DNA of 41,431 nt from Chrysochromulina tobinii (lineage: Eukaryota): NCBI GenBank assembly GCA_001275005.1, contig JWZX01003371.1, positions 1-41,431 on the forward strand, read 5' to 3'. Positions 1-9,709 of the stretch are shown piece by piece. The position numbers and the translations under genes are program-made. The notes beneath the pieces are model-generated. The model was not told where the DNA came from and searched no databases. It was given only the letters and a program-made list of their open reading frames with translations. Every line of letters begins with the position of its first letter. Position 1 is the stretch's first letter.

Positions 1-717
1 ATGTGCGGTATCTTTGGTTTGCGCGTTCCCGTCCTGTGGCTGGTCTCGTCGTATGTGGCGACCCTGTTCCTTCTGCGCGCTCCGGCCATGACCGCTGCAA
101 CGGGCCCGCTTGCCCCACTCGTCGGCGCTGTTGCGCGCGCCGCACGAACTGGCGCCGTGTTGGTTTGTTTCGTTAACGGATGCTTGTAAGTTTGCGAGAT
201 TTGCGGTCGAGCTTCGGCGACAAACCCGTTCAAAAGGGGGAGCCGGGGCACACACGGTTCACATTCAGATGAACAAGAACGGCACCGGTCCGGGCGTTCA
301 ACGACTCAAGAGAGGCCACCCATTAGCACAGAATCCGCGACCGGCCGACCGCCGGGACGCGGGAGCCCGTCGCGGCGCCCCCTCCATTGCCCTGTAACGT
401 AAAAGACACCGGGGGGAGACGGCAACACACAGCGCACGCACGGCCGGTGGCATCGAGGTCGGAGAACCGGGGCGGACCTGTAGACGCACAGGAACACACA
501 ACACTTGACGACAGTCTCCGGGTGTTCGCATGTGTGTTCCACAGTATGTCTGCACGTCAGTCACACCCAACCACGAAAAGCTCCACCGCCGGCCGCGATC
601 AGCCCGAGAGTAGGCCCCACTGCCAGATCGTCGTGCTTGTTCGCCGTCGTGAACGGCAGTTGCGGAGGGCTTCTTCGGAGCCCAGCTGGACTGTGCGGCG
701 ACGTGCACCCTGGACCG

Positions 718-805
718 AATCTCGCCCTAATCTCGCCCTAATCTCGCCCTAATCTCGCCCCTGGCCACTTGCAATCTCGCCCTAATCTCGCCCCTGGCCA
801 CTTGC
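718..805. repeat. 11-bp tandem minisatellite (AATCTCGCCCT)n with two CTGGCCACTTGC interruptions, just 3' of the aspartate aminotransferase stop
   Basis: Units start at 718, 729, 740, 751, 773 and 784; CTGGCCACTTGC at 761-772 and 794-805. Confidence 0.9.
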
Positions 806-819
806 GCGCCGTCCGTCGG

Positions 820-2106
820 TCAGTCTTTCTCGCCCCGGAGCACTTTGTTCATCGCGCCGGCGACGTACTCGACATCATCGGGCTTGAGTGCCGCCATGCA
901 TGCGCGCCCATCACGGGTCATGTACACGTGGTAGCGCTCTCGTAGGGCATCCACATGCTGCGCGCTCAGCCCCGTGTACGCGAACATGCCAATCTGGGCT
1001 GTGAGATGCTCCCACCGGCCGCCGTCCGGTGCGGGTGCTCCGAGGCGCACGAGCGCGGCGGCGAGCTCGGCGCGCATGCGGCGCACACGGCCCGCCATCA
1101 CGAGGAGCTCGGCGCGCCACGCCGCCGAGAGGGCGGGATCACCGAGCACGAGGCTCGCGAGCCGGGCTCCGTGCAGCGGCGGTGAGCTGTACACGGGTCG
1201 CACCACCCGCTGCTTCACGTTCGAGAGAACCGCTGCCGCCTCCGCTGCGGACGCGGTCACAAAGTTGACGGCGCCCACCCTCTCGCCATAAAGGCCCATA
1301 CTCTTTGCGTACGACTGGCACACGATCGGCAGCACGCCCGCCGCCTCGAAGCAGCGCACCGACGCCGCATCCGCATCGAGGTCGCCGGACGCGTATCCCT
1401 GGTACGCTGAGTCGAAGACAGCGAGCAGACCACGCTTCGCAAATGTGCCAGCGAGGACCTCCCACTGCTCGGGCGTCGGGTCGACGCCCGTCGGGTTGTG
1501 AGCGCAAGCGTGGAGCAGCACCGCGCTCCCCGCCGGCACCATCGTAGCCAGCGCCTCATGCATCGCCTCGAAGTCAAGCGTTGTGCCCGTGCGCTTGTCC
1601 AAGTACGGGTAGCTTCGCACCTCGAGGCCGGCAGCACCGAAGATCTGCGCGTGGTTGGACCATGAGGGCTCGGGCAGGTAGATCTCTGTGAAGCCCCCCA
1701 CGAGCCGCAGCGTGCTCGCCGCAACGCTCACCGCGCCCGTGCCCGAGATGGTCTGCATCGTGGCCACTCGGCCCTCGCGCAGAGCGGCGCTCCCAGCGCC
1801 GAAGACGAGCTCCGCCGAGAGCTTGCGAAATGTCGCATCGCCCTCAATAGGCAGGTACTCCTTGAAGGTGCGCCCGCTCTGCAGTTCGCTCGCCACGCGG
1901 CCCTCCGCCTCCTTGATAGATGAGAGCACGTAGGGCTTGCCCTCGTCGGTGCGATAGACGCCCTGACCAAGGTTGACCTTCTTCGGGAACTTGTCCTCAA
2001 GGAACATGGCCGTCATACCCAGGATCGGATCGGCCGGCATCGGCTTGACGGCGCTCCAAGAGGACAGCAGCCGTCGGGACGGAGGTGCCAAAGCGCGACG
2101 CATCAT
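820..2106 (-). CDS. GOT2: Aspartate aminotransferase, probably mitochondrial (PLP-dependent class I)
   Basis: Motifs DPILG, KVNLGQGVYR, QTISGTGA, HACAHNPTG, DSAYQG and QSYAKSMGLYGER (PLP lysine). First ATG is at 2106 (the track start at 2118 is TTG). Arg/Ser-rich N-terminus MMRRALAPPSRRLLSS resembles a mitochondrial presequence. Intronless. Confidence 0.95.
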   Translation of the reverse strand: MMRRALAPPSRRLLSSWSAVKPMPADPILGMTAMFLEDKFPKKVNLGQGVYRTDEGKPYVLSSIKEAEGRVASELQSGRTFKEYLPIEGDATFRKLSAELVFGAGSAALREGRVATMQTISGTGAVSVAASTLRLVGGFTEIYLPEPSWSNHAQIFGAAGLEVRSYPYLDKRTGTTLDFEAMHEALATMVPAGSAVLLHACAHNPTGVDPTPEQWEVLAGTFAKRGLLAVFDSAYQGYASGDLDADAASVRCFEAAGVLPIVCQSYAKSMGLYGERVGAVNFVTASAAEAAAVLSNVKQRVVRPVYSSPPLHGARLASLVLGDPALSAAWRAELLVMAGRVRRMRAELAAALVRLGAPAPDGGRWEHLTAQIGMFAYTGLSAQHVDALRERYHVYMTRDGRACMAALKPDDVEYVAGAMNKVLRGEKD

Positions 2107-2271
2107 GCAGCCAGTCAATCAGTAATGTCGCGGCCACACCCGCGCTCACCACACATCTCACAACCGACCGCATGTCGCAAAGCGGGACTTTGACATGCGG
2201 GAGGTGTGAACGTGATTGGGAGACCTTTTTCTAAACGTGACGGGTGAAAGGTGAGGGCGATTGGGTTCGCG

Positions 2272-3186
2272 TCATCGGGCCGGTTCCACCTCCTGCGGTG
2301 AGTATGGCCGAAAGACCCACTGTGTCCTGATGGAGTCATCTTCGACGCGTTGAACGCGTCTGAGATCCAGCAGCGGCTGATGTTGAGGAGGAGCGGCTGG
2401 ATGGAGGGACATGGCTGGGGCCGGTGGTGCCTCGCGCCACAGCCTCCAGATGGCACAGTTCAGCCTCTTGAGCGCCACGCGGTCTGGTGAGAGCTCCTCC
2501 TGAGACACAAGTGCGCACCCGAGTCCCTCGCGTGCGGCCGCCTCAAAGAAGACTTTCTCGACGTCGGGCGCGCCGCGATACGATTGGCAGAGCAGCGCCA
2601 CGCTCGCTCGTACGCCTGGCTCGCAATGAGGTAGCAGCAGCGCGAGCACCGCCACGAGCGAGTGTGCATACTTCTCGTCATAGTACAAACAGTCTGCTGC
2701 CAGGATGAGGTCAAAGCCACCGCTAATTGCCAGCGCCGGAGGCAAGGCGCCCGTCCTTTGAACTTCGTCCCAATCGCAAGCGCAGCGCACAAACGTCCCA
2801 GGTGCAGCCTGCAGCAAACTGTCGTTCGTGTGCACGTTGGATGCTGACAGCTCCAAAAATTTGTCCGTGTGGACGCAAAGTGACGATCCCAAAAGGTGCG
2901 TGCTCATCGATAAGTAGCCGGCCCCTGCTCCCAGTTCGACGGCACGCTTACCGGTAACAAGCTCAGCGCGATTCGCAGACAGATAACGCTGCATGACGTG
3001 CGAGCCCTTCCAAACATCTCTTCCAGTCTGACGGCCACCCCGCGCAATCGTCACTACTAGCCCGTTGTCGAAGATGCGCTGCCGCCCACCACCGCTCTCC
3101 GTCGGCTCGGGCAAGGGCAAGATCATCCTGGCTTCCTCGGGCCCGATCAGCATTCCGGGCATCGCGATATTCCCGGGTAGCAACAT
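2272..3186 (-). CDS. METTL21/Methyltransf_16-family protein (lysine) methyltransferase
   Basis: QTGRDVWKGS, motif I VELGAGAG, DW, and DLILAADCLY (DxxY). First ATG at 3186; the C-terminal tail is uncertain. Confidence 0.8.
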   Translation of the reverse strand: MLLPGNIAMPGMLIGPEEARMILPLPEPTESGGGRQRIFDNGLVVTIARGGRQTGRDVWKGSHVMQRYLSANRAELVTGKRAVELGAGAGYLSMSTHLLGSSLCVHTDKFLELSASNVHTNDSLLQAAPGTFVRCACDWDEVQRTGALPPALAISGGFDLILAADCLYYDEKYAHSLVAVLALLLPHCEPGVRASVALLCQSYRGAPDVEKVFFEAAAREGLGCALVSQEELSPDRVALKRLNCAIWRLWREAPPAPAMSLHPAAPPQHQPLLDLRRVQRVEDDSIRTQWVFRPYSPQEVEPAR

Positions 3187-3711
3187 GTCGACCGCACCCC
3201 GCGCGCCCCATGAATTCACTATGAAAACACACAACACGAATTCACACAGCGCGTAGGACTCTCACAGCCGATGTGGTTATAATTCGACACCCAAGACACA
3301 CGGGCAGGAACAGAGCATGTGTACCGTAACCTAGCACCGGTTGTCGCGTGTGTCGTGTTAAGCTGTTAACGTTCAAACACGAGCATGTATCGACACTCTG
3401 TGGACTGTACGGGTACGTGAACGTGAACGCGACACACGCGACAACCGTGTTACGGCACTGGTTGACTGGTAGGAGCACCACAGCACACGCTTCTCGCCGC
3501 ACCCGCCATGTCCATGAGCTTCAAGCTCAAGCTCACCATGGGCTTCCATGCATCCATGGGCAACATGTCGCCCTTCTAAACCGCCCCCGTGCGGTGTAAT
3601 GTGTGAATGTGAATGTGAATGTGTGTCTGTGTGATTTGCATGGTGATTTTCTGTTCTATTGGCGGCCGAGTATTTACAGACAGTTCACACCTCACGAGGA
3701 CTGGGAATTAA

Positions 3712-4653
3712 ATGCTGGTTTACTTCGCTGCCGTCTTGAGCCTCTCCATTCAGGGTCTCTCCATCCAGGGAACTACGGGAAAGGCACTCCATCCATCCAG
3801 GGCCTCTCCATCTGTCACGTGCCTCGCGGGATTTGGAGCCAAGCCGGATGCGGCGGCGAGCACACCCAAGAAGGGTGGCGCCAAGAGCAAGCCACGGCCC
3901 GCAAATGTGGTGAGTAAAGCAAAGGTTGCCGATCCACAGCTCGAAGAAGGTCGGCGACGCCAGACGATTACGAGCACGAGGTCAGTTCGCGTCGACCTTG
4001 GCAAGGGCAAGAGCGTCTCGGTCATCTTGCCCACCCTCGATGACGAGGATGATGAGGCAACGTTGGCGAGCATGTCGATCGAATCCATCGCTGCCAAGTA
4101 TGGGCACCTGACCGGTGCTGGTGACATCGTTTGGCCGGCGGGGCTCGCGCTCTCGCGCCTGCTTGCGCATTGTCCCTCCTTTGTCGCAGGCAAGCGCGTG
4201 TTGGAGCTCGGCTCCGGAGTGGGCGCCGTCGGCTTGACAGCAGCGTGCGCGGGTGCAGCGTCGGTAGTCCTCACCGACTACGACGAGGACGTGCTCGCTC
4301 TTTCTCGAGAAGCGGCCTCTGCTAATGGCGTCTCGCAAATCGTCTCGGCCACCCGCCTAGACTGGACGAAGTCTGACGAAGTTCCTGCGGGTGGGCCCTT
4401 TGATGTCGTGTTAGCTGCCGACGTGCTGTATGCCGAGTCCAATGCAAACAGCATTGCTCGGCTGCTGCCGCACCTGCTCAGCACCGGAGGTCGCTGCATG
4501 ATTGCCGACCAGACGCAGTGGCCGTGGCGCGCCGACTTCAAGGCCGTGTGCGCACAGGGCGGTCTCGCTGTCGAGGAGATGCGATTGCCAGCGCCGGAAG
4601 ATGTGAGGCTGCTCACGATCTTGCGAGCGAGAGACGTGGAAGAAGGCGAGTGA
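3712..4653 (+). CDS. METTL21/Methyltransf_16-family methyltransferase with N-terminal signal/transit-like peptide (possibly plastid-targeted)
   Basis: GDIVWPAGLALS, VLELGSGVG, VLTDY, LDW and FDVVLAADVLY. Hydrophobic N-terminus MLVYFAAVLSLS is followed by a Ser/Lys-rich region. Confidence 0.88.
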   Translation: MLVYFAAVLSLSIQGLSIQGTTGKALHPSRASPSVTCLAGFGAKPDAAASTPKKGGAKSKPRPANVVSKAKVADPQLEEGRRRQTITSTRSVRVDLGKGKSVSVILPTLDDEDDEATLASMSIESIAAKYGHLTGAGDIVWPAGLALSRLLAHCPSFVAGKRVLELGSGVGAVGLTAACAGAASVVLTDYDEDVLALSREAASANGVSQIVSATRLDWTKSDEVPAGGPFDVVLAADVLYAESNANSIARLLPHLLSTGGRCMIADQTQWPWRADFKAVCAQGGLAVEEMRLPAPEDVRLLTILRARDVEEGE

Positions 4654-5103
4654 GCTTGCTCCGCACCTGTCTGTGTCCTTCCAGAAACGCGCAAGCTTCG
4701 CACACCGACTCCTCCTTTTTGATTTTTGTGCGTGCGAGAGCAAGGTACTCGGTAGACGTCAGTGACAGTCAGTCAGTTACCGGTGGTCCCCGGTTCTACA
4801 GAGCTGCAACACGAGCGGAGCGTGCCGGTGCGTACCGTACAGTCCGCGCCGGACCGACCGCGGCGTCAATTGCGCGCCGTCAGCGAGACGCGGACCATTC
4901 ACCGTTCGGGGCCCCTGAAAGTTACAGTCTCTACTCACAAGTAAAAGTGTAGCATGTGCATTACTGTTTCAATAGCGTATCTCCAAACGCCGCTCGGCCG
5001 CCAGTTCACGGATCAGCCCTTCTGCGGAGGCCCTTCTGCCGCCCCGCGAGCATCCATATGCGCCCCGTGAGAGGCCTCCAGTCTGCGTGTCGTGCCGTCC
5101 ACG

Positions 5104-6909
5104 ATGTACCGACGCTCAGTGCTGCTGGCTCGGCCTCACTTGCAGCGGTGGCTGTCGGCTGTAGTGGCGCGCGGCGGCAGCGTGCCGCGAATCGGCGAGC
5201 TGCGCACGGCTTACGATGTGCTCCAGGCACACGAGCGCCACGCACTACAGATGGGTCCGATGGACGTCAGCAGCTGCTGGAACACTCTCGGCAAGCTCGT
5301 GCGCCAACGCGCGGAGGAGCGTGAGTGGATGCGGGCGGAGCTGCGTCGAGGTCCAACACTGGCGCCATTGCTCGACTCCACGCTGCTGAAGCTTCCGCGC
5401 TTTCAGCCGCGGCCAGTCGCGAACGCAGTACACGGGCTTGCAGGAGTGGTGAGCGCCACCGGGTATGCACCAGGCGAGCATGTTTGGGAGGCGCTGGCGG
5501 CGAAGAGCCTGAGCTTTATGAACCAATTCAGTACGCAGGCACTGGCCAACACCGCGTGGGCATACGCCACGGCGCAACATCCGGCACCGGCACTGTTCGA
5601 TGCCATTGCGGCGGAGGCGACGCCGCGATTGCGTGAGTTCGATCCGCAGGCGCTAACGAACACGGCATGGGCCTACGCGACGGCGCAGCATGCGTCGCCA
5701 GCGTTGCTCAATGCGATTGCTGCGGAGGCGGCCCCGCGGGTGCACGAGTTCAAGCCGCAGGCTCTGACGAACATGGTGTGGGCGTACACGACGGCTCAAC
5801 ACCCAGCTCCGGCGCTGTTGGATGCGATCGCTGAAGAGGCGGCAACGCGGGTGCGCGACTTCGATCCTCAGCACCTAGCAATCACGGCGTGGGCATTTGC
5901 AAAGGCAGAGCATGCGGCGCCAAAGCTGCTCGACGCGATTGCAGCGGAGGCGGCGCCGCGGGTGCGCGACTTCAATCCTCAGCACCTTGCGAACACGGCG
6001 TGGGCATACGCAAAGGCGCAGCATGCGGCGCCGAGGTTGCTGGATGCGATCGCGGCAGAGGCGACGCCGCGGTTGCGGAAGTTCGAGCCACAAAATCTGG
6101 CGAACATGGCGTGGGCCTACGCGACGGCAGAGCATGCGGCGCCAAAGCTGCTTGATGCGATTGCAGCGGAGGCGGCGCCGCGGGTGCGCGAGTTCGACCC
6201 GCAGGCACTGGCGAGCACGGCGTGGGCGTATGCGACAGCGCAGCATGCGGCGCCAAAGCTACTCGATGCCATCGCGGCAGAGGCGGTGCCGCGCGGGCAC
6301 GAGTTCAATCAGCTCCAATTGGCGAACATGGCGTGGGCGTACGCTGCGGCCGATCACGGCTCAAGCGACGTGCTCTTTGGCACCGACGCCTTTGTGGCTC
6401 GATGCGAAGCTATCGAATCGACCTTCCCGGCTGAGGGCTTGTGCCAGTTGCACCAGTGGCAGCTCTGGCTAGTGGAGCGCGGCGAGGCGTGGCCGCGGTT
6501 ACCCCCACTGCTCGCCGAGCGCTGCCATGCGGCCTTTGTGGCCGCGGAGGGTCGACCCTCCCGCCTGCAGCGGCAGGTGGGCGCGGCGCTCAAGGCGCTC
6601 GGCCATGAGCCCCGTGAGGAGGTGCGCACACCGCAGGGCTACTCCCTCGATGTGGTGGTGTGCATCGAGGGCCGCGAGGTGGCGATCGAGGTCGACGGGC
6701 CCAGCCACTTTGTGGGCCGCACACATACGCCAACGGGCGCGACGGCACTCAAGTGGCGGCAGCTGCGCGCAGCGGGCTGGGCGCTGGTAGCGGTGCCGTA
6801 TTGGCAGTGGAACGCACTCGACGTGGCAGGCCAGCGAGAGTTCTTGCTGCGCGAGCTGGCGGCGGTGCGTTTGGGTGGTGGTGGCAAAGGCCAGATGAGA
6901 CGCGAGTGA
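5104..6909 (+). CDS. Organellar helical-repeat RNA-binding protein (37-aa HPR/OPR-like repeats) with C-terminal RAP domain
   Basis: About 8 repeats of the type F.PQ.LANTAWAYATA.H.AP.L.DAIAAEA.PR at 111-bp spacing. C-terminal RAP motif YSLDVV...VAIEVDGPSHF...LKWRQL...GW..V.VPYWQW. ATG at 5104; Arg-rich presequence-like N-terminus. Confidence 0.9.
   Translation: MYRRSVLLARPHLQRWLSAVVARGGSVPRIGELRTAYDVLQAHERHALQMGPMDVSSCWNTLGKLVRQRAEEREWMRAELRRGPTLAPLLDSTLLKLPRFQPRPVANAVHGLAGVVSATGYAPGEHVWEALAAKSLSFMNQFSTQALANTAWAYATAQHPAPALFDAIAAEATPRLREFDPQALTNTAWAYATAQHASPALLNAIAAEAAPRVHEFKPQALTNMVWAYTTAQHPAPALLDAIAEEAATRVRDFDPQHLAITAWAFAKAEHAAPKLLDAIAAEAAPRVRDFNPQHLANTAWAYAKAQHAAPRLLDAIAAEATPRLRKFEPQNLANMAWAYATAEHAAPKLLDAIAAEAAPRVREFDPQALASTAWAYATAQHAAPKLLDAIAAEAVPRGHEFNQLQLANMAWAYAAADHGSSDVLFGTDAFVARCEAIESTFPAEGLCQLHQWQLWLVERGEAWPRLPPLLAERCHAAFVAAEGRPSRLQRQVGAALKALGHEPREEVRTPQGYSLDVVVCIEGREVAIEVDGPSHFVGRTHTPTGATALKWRQLRAAGWALVAVPYWQWNALDVAGQREFLLRELAAVRLGGGGKGQMRRE
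5527..6350 (+). repeat. Coding tandem repeat, 111-bp (37-aa) unit
   Basis: Unit starts at 5527, 5638, 5749, 5860, 5971, 6082, 6193 and 6304 (partial). Confidence 0.9.
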
Positions 6910-7346
6910 GCAGCAGAGTGTAATTCGCCCGGACGCAGTGAACGAGACGCGAGTTGACGTGGTGATCTGTCCGCTGGCGAGCGAGTAAAAAGCACTTTCT
7001 GTTCGGCTCGGCTTTAAGCTCGGCTTCGTAATGCTGTAGACGGTGTGTAGTGAGTATAGTATGTCGAGATCCGCTGTAGCGGAGTCAGCAGTTAGTACTA
7101 TGAAAGGCGCCGCGCGTGGCAGCAGAATGGAACCGTATGTTCAAGCAATTACCACAGGCAGCTCTCAATCATGCTCTCAATGCGCGGAAAAGCCGTCCCC
7201 TGTCGTTGCGCATCTCCACCGGTGACACCGACACGAATCGGCGCGGTCAAAAGGTCATGTCAAAAGGTGCGCGCACCCGGCCTGCCGCCCCACACGCCAC
7301 TCTGCACGCCACCATGATGCATGCGATGTAAACGCTCGTGGGTGCA

Positions 7347-8267
7347 TCACGTGTGTGTGATCCCGCCGATGAAGCCCGCGACGAGCCCCTCCCTCACCTT
7401 GGCGACTGCAAAGCACACGAGCGGGTTCAGTTGGTCTGAGCCAGCGTGAAAGACACATCCATTCGGGAAGGGAGCCAAAAAGTCGACGATGGCCAGGCGG
7501 AAGCGGCGTTGGGCAGCGCCCCACTCATTGTTCAGGGGCTCCTCCTCATCCTCTATCTGATCATCAGGATCGACGACGCTCCGGAAGAGGACGCAGCTTC
7601 GGATCTCAGGGTGTGCTCCCAGAGCGGCCAGCAAAGCCTCGGGTGTGAGGTCCTCTCCACGGTTCCATGGCATCATGAAGGGCAACCACTGCCCATCCCC
7701 CTCGTCACCCCATCCGATAGCGCGGCTAGCTCCTCCTTGAAGCGCAACAATTGCAACAAGCTGCTTCAAGACCACGTATACCTCACTGGCAGCTGCGGCA
7801 CCTCCAGCTCGCAAATCCCACGCACGAGGCCCTATTACAAGGGACGTAGGAGCACATTCGAGCGGCGGATCGAACACGTAGTTGGCCACTCGATCGGTGG
7901 GCATGCCGTAGTCGCCGCTCCAGTAGCAGAACCAGTCACCAAGCGCGTCGTTGCGCCACTCCGTCACACACGTTCTCGCTCCACCATTGACGCTGCCGGG
8001 TTCTGCCACTGCTAGCTCTGGATCAAGCCAGAGCTGCCAGTATGCGTCGCTTTCGAGGGCTCGTTGGGCGGCTTGCTGGGTGTCGGCCAAGCGAATAAGC
8101 TCGTCGGGAGCGACGCGGAACATGATTTCATCACTCAGGCCCTCGACTGCAAGCACGGACTCCAGGGTGGTGGTCTGACCGTCCGCATTCGGCGTCAACG
8201 GAGATGTGGTGCCTGTCGCAGCCTGGACTGTCTGCGTGAGGGTTAGCGGAGGAGGCGAGCCCGACAT
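7347..8267 (-). CDS. Hypothetical protein; F-box-like N-terminal motif and NuiA (nuclease A inhibitor)-like C-terminal domain
   Basis: ATG at 8267. GLSDEIMFRVAPDELIRLADTQQAAQRALESDAYW is F-box-like. The C-terminus (GDEGDGQWLPFMMPW...LTPEALLAALG...CVFHAGSDQLNPLVCFAVAKVREGLVAGFIGGITHT*) resembles the NuiA pattern. Domain calls are by eye. Confidence 0.6.
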   Translation of the reverse strand: MSGSPPPLTLTQTVQAATGTTSPLTPNADGQTTTLESVLAVEGLSDEIMFRVAPDELIRLADTQQAAQRALESDAYWQLWLDPELAVAEPGSVNGGARTCVTEWRNDALGDWFCYWSGDYGMPTDRVANYVFDPPLECAPTSLVIGPRAWDLRAGGAAAASEVYVVLKQLVAIVALQGGASRAIGWGDEGDGQWLPFMMPWNRGEDLTPEALLAALGAHPEIRSCVLFRSVVDPDDQIEDEEEPLNNEWGAAQRRFRLAIVDFLAPFPNGCVFHAGSDQLNPLVCFAVAKVREGLVAGFIGGITHT

Positions 8268-8629
8268 GCTCCGTTTTCCCCCAGCGCACGGGTTTTTTTG
8301 CCGCGTGAGAGGCGAGGGTTGACGCGCGCAGAGGGGCGCCCCACCCCGAAAGAGGGCCTCTGTGAACGTTAACACGACAGACCTCTAATCGATGAATATT
8401 CCAGCGCTGTGGATCTTCCGGTAGAAAGACACCGGGGGGAGCCGGGTCACGCCCACGGGACACACGGATCCTGGCCCCTCTATTCACGTGGCCTAAGCGT
8501 CCACACAATTTGTAACCACCACACGGAAGCGGAAGCGTAAGCAAGACACTTACCAAGGCTGAGGGAGCACTTCTGCTTTCGCGGGCTGTGGGAAGATGAG
8601 ATGTTTGCTCGTCACCAACTCGAGTGATC

Positions 8630-9550
8630 ATGCAGTCGCCGACTTGCCTCATGCTCTGCACGTTGAGCGTGCCAGCATTCGCGCATAGCCACGCCCTCAC
8701 TGCCTCCCGTGTGTTGGCAAGTAGCAACGCGATCACCATGCGAGCGCAGGCTCCGCGCATGGTGGCCGCGCTGCCGTCGCTGCCCACGATTGCAGCCGTC
8801 TGCACGCTCCCCACGTGCGTCGGCTTCTGGAAGAGCGAGTACGGCGTGTCCTACGCCTACGGCGGCGCAACGGCTATCATGGGTGCGCTTGTTTTGCGCG
8901 CGGCGCCGACGCCCCTCGCCGCCGCGCACGCAGCGGCGGTGCTCGTCTATGGCGTGCGCCTCAACGCCTTCCTGCTCTGGCGCGAGCTCAATATTCCGCG
9001 CTTCCGCGAGTTCCGAGAGAAGGTGGAGGCTCGCGCGGTGTCCGCGGGTGGACGCCTCAAGCGCACGCCGTTCGTGCTCTCGTGCGCCGCACTCTACGCA
9101 TGCCTCGCGGCACCCGCGATCGTAACTAGCAGCACGGCGGCCACTGGCGTGCTCACGACGGCGCTTGTCGGCGCGGCGTGGTTTGGTCTCCTCCTCGCCG
9201 CGTCAGGCGACCTGGTCAAGTCGTACGTCAAGGCGAAGGAGGGCGCCGACGTGCTGGTCACCTCCGGGCCGTACCGCTATTTCCGGCACCCCAACTACAC
9301 GGGCGAGCAGATTCTTTGGACGAGCTCGACGCTCGCAGCCTTTGCTAGCGCGGCTCGTGGCGGCCTGGGGGCGCTCCTTGCCAACGGCGGCTGGCTGGGC
9401 GCCTCACTCTTCGGCTGGGCGGGCATCTTCTTCGTGCTCGCGCAAGCGACGGCCAACCTCGAGAAGAAGCAGGCGGAGCGGTTTGGTAGGTACGAAAAGT
9501 GGCGCCGCTCGTCTTGGGCCGGCGTGGGGCTGCGAGCAAAGGACAAGTGA
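8630..9550 (+). CDS. DUF1295 / steroid 5-alpha-reductase-like membrane protein, possibly plastid-targeted
   Basis: YGVSYAYG, YGVRLNAFLLWRE, GDLVKS..K and LVTSGPYRYFRHPNYTGE; several hydrophobic segments. Start is ATG 8630 or 8651. Confidence 0.88.
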   Translation: MQSPTCLMLCTLSVPAFAHSHALTASRVLASSNAITMRAQAPRMVAALPSLPTIAAVCTLPTCVGFWKSEYGVSYAYGGATAIMGALVLRAAPTPLAAAHAAAVLVYGVRLNAFLLWRELNIPRFREFREKVEARAVSAGGRLKRTPFVLSCAALYACLAAPAIVTSSTAATGVLTTALVGAAWFGLLLAASGDLVKSYVKAKEGADVLVTSGPYRYFRHPNYTGEQILWTSSTLAAFASAARGGLGALLANGGWLGASLFGWAGIFFVLAQATANLEKKQAERFGRYEKWRRSSWAGVGLRAKDK

Positions 9551-9709
9551 GACCCAAGAGGCAATTCATGAGCACGCTCATGCTTATGAGTCGTGCGCTG
9601 ACGTTGGGCTTTTCGGCCGATTGCGCAAATTTTCGGCCGAAACTGTTTGATACAATTGTATCGTTGACGAATTCCCGAAATCCGAGCATTTGACGAAATC
9701 GTACTCGCA

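Noticed and set aside
1..700. Short ORFs at the window start
   Set aside because: No recognisable domains or consistent coding bias; treated as intergenic.
718..805. Telomere (contains CCCTAA)
   Set aside because: The unit is an 11-mer, not a hexamer array, and it lies internally next to a gene.
7116..7331. 71-aa ORF in a lower-GC intergenic stretch
   Set aside because: Short, GTG start, no recognisable motif; possibly TE debris but unsupported.
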